Source of the DNA: Candidatus Saganbacteria bacterium
GTDB taxonomy: Bacteria; Margulisbacteria; WOR-1; JAKLHX01
Assembly (NCBI GenBank): GCA_026387835.1
Contig: JAPLKZ010000010.1
Coordinates: 266,379-298,378, forward strand
Direction: 5' to 3'
DNA length: 32,000 nt
In this document: piece after piece, positions 24,435 through 30,423 of the stretch
How positions within the stretch are numbered: position 1 is the stretch's first letter
How the letters are laid out: every line of letters starts with the position of its first letter
Notes under the pieces: generated by a model
Database searches by the model: none
Told to the model about the DNA's origin: nothing
The model's input: only the letters and a program-made list of their open reading frames with translations
Position numbers and translations under genes: made by a program

Positions 24435-25447
24435 TGGAAAGGATCCTTAAAAGCAAATATAAGATCCTTGAAAAGATAGCGGAGTTATCGTCCCACAACA
24501 CATACTCCGGCGCTTTTGCCGACACCGAAAAACCGCTCATAATAAAGATCTTCAACAGGGGCATATTGAACAGCACCCTTACAAAAAAACTTAAGAAAGA
24601 TGTCGTCAGGCTTACGAAGCTTGAACACCAGTTCATCCCGAGGGTCTACGACGGCGACTACGGCTGGCAAGGTTTCTATTTTGTCAGGGACTTTGTGGAG
24701 GGAAAAACGCTGGATGAGACGAAAAAACCGTTTGAGATCGAGGCCGCGTGCGAGCTTATGACAAAAGTCTGCGGACTTCTTTCTTTCGCGCATGAAAACG
24801 GCATAGCCCACGGGTCGCTTACGCCGAACAATGTCTTCATCTCAAAAAAGAACGTCTTCATATCCGATTTTGGCATAGAATCGGCCGTCAACCAGATGCT
24901 CGAGCAAAAGACCATGTCGCTTTTTTCTGAAAACGCAGCGTTCTTCGCCCCCGAAATGGTCCTTGGGGAGGAAGCTAGCATCCTTTCCGACATCTACCAG
25001 GCGGGATTATTGTTTTATCTGATACTTACCGGCAGGCTGCCTGCCGACGGGCAGAAAGGGCTTTCAAGCGCCCTGACAAGCCTTGGCGGCACAGTCCCCA
25101 CGCCTTCATCGGTGAACGGCAAGGTGCCGAGATACCTGGACGAGATCGTTCTTAAATGCCTGGAAAAAGATCCTCTTCTGCGCTTTGCCGGTGCCGCGCA
25201 GCTTTCCGAAAGCATCAACAATAAAGTATTGATGCTCCCGAAAACCGAGATCTTCGAACTGCCGGAGATCGATCTGAACATCGAAGAGGAGTCAAGAAAA
25301 GACGAGCCGGTATTAGTCGAACTGCCCAACATCGAAGAAAAAAGTGATAAAATCAATCTGTTCAGGTGGATAATGTTCGCTGTCTGGGCTGCAATAGCGG
25401 CAGGGATAATATATTCTCTGATACAGATATTTATAATAGGTGAATGA
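24431..25447 (+). CDS. Ser/Thr protein kinase-like protein, predicted pseudokinase, with a C-terminal TM anchor
   Basis: The Hanks-type fold is recognisable: LIIKIF lysine, SDFG, APE, and DIYQAGLLFYLILTGRLP. However, the glycine-rich loop is degenerate (AELSSHNTYSG) and the catalytic loop HRDLKPxN reads HGSLTPNN, so it has no catalytic Asp. It ends in the TM helix IMFAVWAAIAAGIIYSLIQIFII. The start is either GTG 24431 or ATG 24434; both overlap the carA stop. Confidence 0.75.
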   Translation: MMERILKSKYKILEKIAELSSHNTYSGAFADTEKPLIIKIFNRGILNSTLTKKLKKDVVRLTKLEHQFIPRVYDGDYGWQGFYFVRDFVEGKTLDETKKPFEIEAACELMTKVCGLLSFAHENGIAHGSLTPNNVFISKKNVFISDFGIESAVNQMLEQKTMSLFSENAAFFAPEMVLGEEASILSDIYQAGLLFYLILTGRLPADGQKGLSSALTSLGGTVPTPSSVNGKVPRYLDEIVLKCLEKDPLLRFAGAAQLSESINNKVLMLPKTEIFELPEIDLNIEEESRKDEPVLVELPNIEEKSDKINLFRWIMFAVWAAIAAGIIYSLIQIFIIGE

Positions 25448-26037
25448 TGGCTGATCTAGTTATTTATTTTATGCTCTCGGCCGTGGCACTCGCGGTGATA
25501 GGATATTTTATCGGCGCGGGAAAGATCTCTTTGAAGCCGGTCACTTTGCTTGTCATGTTCCTGATCCTGGTGCTGCCGGTCGGGCTGAATCTTTTTATCT
25601 GGATCTACTCGGGGACGATCCCCGAAGTGTTCGTCCCGGACGTACTTGGAAGTCCGGGCAGTGACGCGGTCGCAGTGCTTGAGAAGACTGGCCTTAAAGG
25701 CGAAATAGCCGGGATATCCTTCTCAAAAGAACCGGGCGGCACCGTCATCAGCCAGCAGCCCGAAGGCGGTAAAAAAGTCAAGGCGGGCCGCCTTGTCAAA
25801 CTGATCATCAGTGCAAGGGAAAGATCGGTCACCGTACCGAACCTTATCGGAAAGACAAGCACGGAAGCGGAAAGCATTCTTATTTCTTTCGGCCTTAATA
25901 TCGGCCAGGTGTTCGAAAGCCCGGGCGACGGAACGCTCGGTATAGTGACAGACCAGAAACCGGCCGTGGGAGAGGTCGTATCGCTGGGGTCCAACGTCTC
26001 GGTCACTATAACCGTAGGAAATGAAACCCGTGATTAA
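25444..26037 (+). CDS. Membrane protein with two N-terminal TM helices and two PASTA domains
   Basis: PASTA repeats VPDVLGSPGSDAVAVLEKTGLKGEI...GTVISQQPEGGKKVKAGRLVKLIIS and VPNLIGKTSTEAESILISFGLNIGQV...GIVTDQKPAVGEVVSLGSNVSVTIT. ATGA overlap with the upstream kinase-like gene. Confidence 0.8.
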   Translation: MMADLVIYFMLSAVALAVIGYFIGAGKISLKPVTLLVMFLILVLPVGLNLFIWIYSGTIPEVFVPDVLGSPGSDAVAVLEKTGLKGEIAGISFSKEPGGTVISQQPEGGKKVKAGRLVKLIISARERSVTVPNLIGKTSTEAESILISFGLNIGQVFESPGDGTLGIVTDQKPAVGEVVSLGSNVSVTITVGNETRD

Positions 26038-26677
26038 GATAGCACCTTCAATATTATCAGCCGACTTCTCCAGGCTGGGGGAAGAGATCAGGGCTGTGGA
26101 AGCGGCCGGCGCGGACCTCATACATATCGACGTTATGGACGGGCATTTTGTGCCTAACATCACGATCGGCCCCGCGATCGTCAGAGCTGCAAGGCGCGTA
26201 ACGGCTCTTCCTCTGGATGTCCATCTTATGATAGAGGATCCCGCTAAATATATCCGTTCTTTTCTTGACGCGGGCAGTGATATAATCTCTTTTCACATCG
26301 AAACTGCAAAGGATCCTGACAAAGTGATCCGGGAGATCAAAAATTCCGGCAAGGGCGCGGCGATCGCGCTGAACCCTGACACAGACATAAAAAAAATAGA
26401 ACCATATCTGGAAAAGATAAAGATGGTCCTTGTAATGTCTGTATTCCCGGGGTTTGAAAAGCAGGTTTTCATCCCGAGTGTCCTCCCGAACATAAAAAAG
26501 CTGCGCGATATCATTTCGGCAAAAAAGCTGGATGTCGACATCGAGGTGGACGGCGGCATAAACCCGATCACGTCTAAAGACGTCATTTCCGCCGGCGCAA
26601 ATATCCTTGTCGCGGGATCTGCGGTCTTTTACGGCGATGATTACAAAAAAGCCATTCGGTCAATAAGAAATGCTTGA
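26021..26677 (+). CDS. rpe: Ribulose-phosphate 3-epimerase
   Basis: IAPSILSADFSRLGEE, HIDVMDGHFVPNITIGP, and VDGGIN motifs. Overlaps the PASTA gene end by 17 nt. Confidence 0.93.
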   Translation: MKPVIKIAPSILSADFSRLGEEIRAVEAAGADLIHIDVMDGHFVPNITIGPAIVRAARRVTALPLDVHLMIEDPAKYIRSFLDAGSDIISFHIETAKDPDKVIREIKNSGKGAAIALNPDTDIKKIEPYLEKIKMVLVMSVFPGFEKQVFIPSVLPNIKKLRDIISAKKLDVDIEVDGGINPITSKDVISAGANILVAGSAVFYGDDYKKAIRSIRNA

Positions 26678-27795
26678 TAAATAAAATGACCCCACAAAAA
26701 AATGGCGCTGATATAAAATTCATGAGAGAGGCGCTAAAGCTTGCCTCAAAAGTTTTGGGCCTTGTCTCGCCAGATCCCGCAGTCGGAGCGGTGATCGTCA
26801 AGAACGGGAAGATCATCAGCAAAGGATATCATAATAAATTTTCAACCCCCCACGCCGAGGACTATGCGATCAGGAAAGCAGGGAAATCTGCAAAAGGATC
26901 TACCCTTTATATCAACCTTGAGCCCTGCTGCCATTATGGCAACAATCCGCCGTGCACTGATAACATCATAAGGTCCGGGATAAAAAGGGTCGTCGCTGCC
27001 ATGAAAGACCCTAATCCTCTCGTCAACGGCAAGGGCTTTAAAAGGTTGAAAAAGGCCGGAATAAAAGTTGACGTCGGCTTACTTGAAAATGAGGCCGCAG
27101 TGCTCAACGAGTTTTTTGTCGGGCATATCACGACAAAAAGACCTTTTGTGATACTGAAGATGGCGATGAGCCTTGACGGAAAGATTGCCACTAAACTCGG
27201 GGAGAGCCGCTGGATTTCCGGAGATAAATCAAGGGAATTTGTGCATTATTTAAGGGGCATCGTCGATGCGGTTATGGTAGGCATCGGAACTTTGCTTAAG
27301 GATGATCCTCTGCTTAATGTGAGAAATGCAAAAGGCAAAAATCTCACTGACCCGCTGAAGATAATAATCGATCCTGAAGCAAGGGTCCTCCTATGCTCAA
27401 AAGTCCTACAAGACCCGTCAAGGGTTATCGTTGCCGTATCTGAAGCGGCCCCGGCTATCAGGGTAAAAAAGCTGGAAGGCATCGGCGCAAAAGTGATAAA
27501 GGTAAGGTCCCGTAAAGGAGAAATGGACCTTGGCCATCTTTTATCAACCCTTGGAAAACAAAAAATAACAAGTATCATGATCGAGGGCGGCGGGAATCTG
27601 GCGGCCTCTGCCATCGGGACTGGGATTGTCGATAAGGTCGTGTTCATCGTTGCACCAAAGATAATCGGTGGCAAGACGTCCCCTACCCCGGTTGAAGGCA
27701 AAGGGATCGATATCCTGGCGCGCGCACTCCGCCTGAAAAATGTCTCCACAAGAAGGCTTGGCGAGGATATAATAATAGAAGGATATTTAAAATGA
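26674..27795 (+). CDS. ribD: Bifunctional riboflavin biosynthesis protein RibD (pyrimidine deaminase / uracil reductase)
   Basis: Deaminase zinc motifs HAEDYAI and PCCHYGNNPPC. C-terminal reductase domain (MSLDGKIA...ESRWISG). The start is either TTG 26674, overlapping the rpe stop, or ATG 26686. Confidence 0.9.
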   Translation: MINKMTPQKNGADIKFMREALKLASKVLGLVSPDPAVGAVIVKNGKIISKGYHNKFSTPHAEDYAIRKAGKSAKGSTLYINLEPCCHYGNNPPCTDNIIRSGIKRVVAAMKDPNPLVNGKGFKRLKKAGIKVDVGLLENEAAVLNEFFVGHITTKRPFVILKMAMSLDGKIATKLGESRWISGDKSREFVHYLRGIVDAVMVGIGTLLKDDPLLNVRNAKGKNLTDPLKIIIDPEARVLLCSKVLQDPSRVIVAVSEAAPAIRVKKLEGIGAKVIKVRSRKGEMDLGHLLSTLGKQKITSIMIEGGGNLAASAIGTGIVDKVVFIVAPKIIGGKTSPTPVEGKGIDILARALRLKNVSTRRLGEDIIIEGYLK

Positions 27796-28649
27796 AGGTC
27801 CTTGAACTTATTTTCATAACGATGCAACCGTCAAGATGGTGGCGTTGCAGCGTGATACTTATTTCTTTGTTCTTTACCGGAGGAGCATGGAATATTATAA
27901 TCATATTGAAAATGATCGTGGCTTTCCTGATATTTTCTCTCCTCACCGGTGCCATCAATATAATGGACGATATAGCCGACCTTGAAAAAGATAAGCAGGA
28001 CCTATTAAAGCGCACCAAGCCGCTGGCAAGCGGCGAACTGTCCGTGAACAAGGCCGAGTTTTCCGTCGCGATGCTGCTAATAGGCTCGTTTGTCGCCGCT
28101 TTTTTCTTCGGGCCGCTGTTCGGCGCTGCAGCGGTAGGTTATTTCTTCATCGAACTGTGCTATTATCTCTTTTTCAAAAAAATAGCCGTGGTCGACAGCC
28201 TCGCGATCGCTGGTGAAACCTGCATGCTGTTCATTGCCGGTACTGTCGCCTCGGGGAAAGTTCTTTCTTCGTGGCTTTTTGTCTTTGTAGTCGCGTCATC
28301 GGTCTTCCTGGTCTTCTGCGAGAACAAAAGGCGCCTTGCGCTGTCACCGGAAGACCAGGGACTTTTAAAAAAATACGGTGCGGCATCTTTGGGGCGGCTT
28401 ATCGATATCTCCGCTCCTTTTGTCCTTATCATCTATTCTTTATATACTCTGATATCTCCCGACGGGATAAGGTTCAATCTTGTGTATACCGTTCCCTTTG
28501 CCATGTATGCTGTCTACAGGATCATGATGCTGATAGATGAAAAGACCTCTGACAAAGGGTTTGAAAAAATACTGCTAAAGGATAGGAATTTCATTGTTGC
28601 AATTGGATCGTGGGCGGCGCTTCTTCTGGTATTGACCTCGATATTTTAA
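27792..28649 (+). CDS. UbiA-superfamily prenyltransferase, decaprenyl-phosphate phosphoribosyltransferase-like
   Basis: First Asp-rich motif NIMDDIADLEKDKQDLLKRTKPLASG (N-x3-D-x3-D followed by K-R-x-x-P-[LI]-A-S-G), about 8 TM helices, and a second polar loop ENKRRLALSPEDQGLLKKY. ATGA overlap with the ribD stop. Confidence 0.65.
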   Translation: MKVLELIFITMQPSRWWRCSVILISLFFTGGAWNIIIILKMIVAFLIFSLLTGAINIMDDIADLEKDKQDLLKRTKPLASGELSVNKAEFSVAMLLIGSFVAAFFFGPLFGAAAVGYFFIELCYYLFFKKIAVVDSLAIAGETCMLFIAGTVASGKVLSSWLFVFVVASSVFLVFCENKRRLALSPEDQGLLKKYGAASLGRLIDISAPFVLIIYSLYTLISPDGIRFNLVYTVPFAMYAVYRIMMLIDEKTSDKGFEKILLKDRNFIVAIGSWAALLLVLTSIF

Positions 28650-28656
28650 ATTTTTT

Positions 28657-28690
28657 TACTTCCCGCCTTCAAGAAGAAGGAACAGGACCG
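28657..28690. repeat. Left copy of a diverged direct repeat equal to the 3' coding end of pyrB (relic gene end)
   Basis: 31/34 identical to 29458-29491. Read on the minus strand it still encodes VLFLLLEGGK followed by TAA. All differences from the functional pyrB end are at third codon positions. Confidence 0.8.
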
Positions 28691-28714
28691 TTCCGACTCT
28701 TTCACAAAGTGTAA

Positions 28715-29284
28715 TTATTTTAAGTCCTCAACAAGACGGACCGCAATAATGTAGTCACGAAACCACGATGGTTGGGTGTGGCGGTTCTCGATGTGCAAGC
28801 AGCGAAGGGCAAAGGATCTTTTTTCAACGGGGGTTTCTGTCCATTCCCATTTGCTTCCGGATAGTTTACTTCCGATTGTTGCCGCGGCATCTAGCCATTC
28901 TTTTTCGGTTGGGAGCCTAAAACTTCTTCCTGTCATTTCGCTCAACCATTTAGCATATGCCCGGCCATCATTCAAGTTTAAATATATTGCCGTTATTGTT
29001 TGACCGGGAAGGGTTGACACTAGAAGGTTTGCTTTGTCTCCGGTGATCGCGTATTTTGCGCTATCAACAAATTGGCGGAATTGGTCAGTCGTGACCTCCC
29101 CTTTCATTATTCTAATAGGCTTTCCGGTAATTTTTGCGAACGCCGGTATTTGCATGCGCGTTAAGATTGTATCATCCCCTTGTTTTATTCTATCTGCTAC
29201 TGATAATAAGCGCCTAAAGTCTATTCTTGACACGGGTTTCCCGCCGCTCATCCATCCGCTCATGGTCCCTCTAATATTATTCAC
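28715..29284 (-). CDS. Minimal FGE-sulfatase (SUMF1/EgtB/PvdO-type) domain protein, 189 aa
   Basis: Family hallmarks IRIMKGEVTTDQFRQFV, LNLNDGRAYAKWLSEMTGRSFRLPTEKEWLDAA, SKWEWTE, and C-terminal IIAVRLV. GTG start 29284 is preceded by AAGGAG. No signal peptide. Confidence 0.7.
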   Translation of the reverse strand: MNNIRGTMSGWMSGGKPVSRIDFRRLLSVADRIKQGDDTILTRMQIPAFAKITGKPIRIMKGEVTTDQFRQFVDSAKYAITGDKANLLVSTLPGQTITAIYLNLNDGRAYAKWLSEMTGRSFRLPTEKEWLDAAATIGSKLSGSKWEWTETPVEKRSFALRCLHIENRHTQPSWFRDYIIAVRLVEDLK

Positions 29285-29355
29285 TACTTTTCTCCTTTTG
29301 ATATTTTCGCCCTTATCTACGGCCGCTCAAATTAGGGCTCTATTTCCCATCTACA

Positions 29356-29388
29356 TATTTATCGAAAAAAAACATCTGGGATTTCACT
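29356..29388 (-). promoter_or_regulatory. Alternative-sigma-type promoter candidate (AGTGAAAT-N16-CGATAAATA) for the FGE-sulfatase-like gene
   Basis: Minus strand reads AGTGAAAT (29388-29381), 16 nt, CGATAAATA (29364-29356). Confidence 0.5.
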
Positions 29389-29456
29389 TTATTTTGGCGG
29401 ACTTAGGAAAGTCTGGCGGGACGGCGAAAGCCTGTGATTTTCTGATCAGCGGTCTT

Positions 29457-30380
29457 CTACTTACCGCCCTCAAGGAGAAGGAACAGGACCGCCATCCGGA
29501 CGGCGACGCCATTGGTCACCTGGTCAAGGATCACGTTATATGGGCCGTCGGCAACATCGGAGCTGAGTTCGACTCCCCTGTTTATCGGACCGGGATGCAT
29601 GACAATAATATCCTTTTTAGCCTTTTTGAGCCTTTCCGCCGTGACGCCGTAAAGCTTGTGGTATTCAAGAAGCGACGGAAAAAGACCGCCCTTCTGCCTT
29701 TCAAGCTGGATGCGCAGCACATTCACAAAATCCGCGTTCTCAAGCTCCTTGTCCAGGTCATATGAAACTTTCGCGCCGGTCTCTTCGATGCCTTTCGGGA
29801 TGAGCGTCGGAGGACCGACGAGAGAGACCGAAGCTCCGAGCTTTAAAAGCCCCCACGTGTTGCTGCGCGCGACACGGCTGTGCAGAATATCTCCGACGAT
29901 CACCACTTTTTTGCCTTTCACGGAACCTTTTTTCTCTATCATCGTGAAGATATCCAGAAGCGCCTGGGTCGGATGTTCGTTGCAGCCGTCACCTGCATTT
30001 ATGACGGGACCGGAAACATGCCCGGCTATCAGGTGCGGAGCGCCTGCCATGCTGTGCCGCATTATTATGGCATCGGTCCCGATAGCTTCAAGATTTCTGG
30101 CGGTATCTATCAGTGTCTCGCCTTTCACGACGCTGCTGGTGCCGGCGGCAATGCTGTTGGTCGATGCCGAAAGAAGTTTTGCCGCTGTTTCAAAAGAATT
30201 CTTTGTCCGCGTGCTCGGCTCGTAAAAAAGCGTGGTCACTATCTTGCCGGAAAGCGCGGGAACGGTCCTCATCGGCCGCGAGAGGATCTCTTTCATGCTT
30301 TCTGCGGTGTTGAGTATCTGATTGATCTCGCCGGCGGACAGTTCTTTGAGACCGAGGAGGTCTTTTGACTTTAGCGCCAT
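29457..30380 (-). CDS. pyrB: Aspartate carbamoyltransferase catalytic subunit PyrB
   Basis: FYEPSTRTKNSFE, MRHSMAG, CNEHPTQALLD, and HPGPINRGVE motifs. 307 aa. Confidence 0.93.
   Translation of the reverse strand: MALKSKDLLGLKELSAGEINQILNTAESMKEILSRPMRTVPALSGKIVTTLFYEPSTRTKNSFETAAKLLSASTNSIAAGTSSVVKGETLIDTARNLEAIGTDAIIMRHSMAGAPHLIAGHVSGPVINAGDGCNEHPTQALLDIFTMIEKKGSVKGKKVVIVGDILHSRVARSNTWGLLKLGASVSLVGPPTLIPKGIEETGAKVSYDLDKELENADFVNVLRIQLERQKGGLFPSLLEYHKLYGVTAERLKKAKKDIIVMHPGPINRGVELSSDVADGPYNVILDQVTNGVAVRMAVLFLLLEGGK
29458..29491. repeat. Right copy of the direct repeat (functional 3' end of pyrB)
   Basis: Partner of 28657-28690 at an offset of 801 nt. Encodes the terminal VLFLLLEGGK of PyrB. 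Confidence 0.8.
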
Positions 30381-30400
30381 GTTGATTTTTGCCTTCGGTT

Positions 30401-30409
30401 ATTATATCA
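30401..30409 (-). promoter_or_regulatory. Extended -10 element (TGATATAAT) upstream of pyrB
   Basis: Minus strand reads TGATATAAT followed by 20 nt, then ATG 30380. It lies in the 43-bp pyrB/ackA divergent region and overlaps a plus-strand TATTAT (30400-30405) that could serve ackA. Confidence 0.4.
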
Positions 30410-30423
30410 TACACAAGGAAGCA

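Noticed and set aside
28691-29457. Compositional (GC) anomaly as evidence that the insert between the pyrB repeats is foreign; the same question for the small-ORF module at 22750-23182
   Set aside because: Rough hand counts on several 60-nt lines gave values similar to the neighbouring genes, so I make no compositional claim. A proper sliding-window GC and codon-usage analysis would be needed.
29034-29765. 243-aa plus-strand ORF spanning the FGE-sulfatase-like gene, the intergenic region and the pyrB 3' end
   Set aside because: It is antisense to two genes with clear family motifs and crosses a promoter-bearing intergenic region. No family resemblance and no Shine-Dalgarno. I treat it as a shadow ORF.
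30322-30423. N-terminal extension of ackA suggested by the ORF track (start at 30322)
   Set aside because: The extra 34 residues overlap the pyrB 5' end on the opposite strand and are not part of the acetate kinase fold. The conserved N-terminus MKILALNCGSSS begins at ATG 30424, which has an AAGGAAG Shine-Dalgarno.
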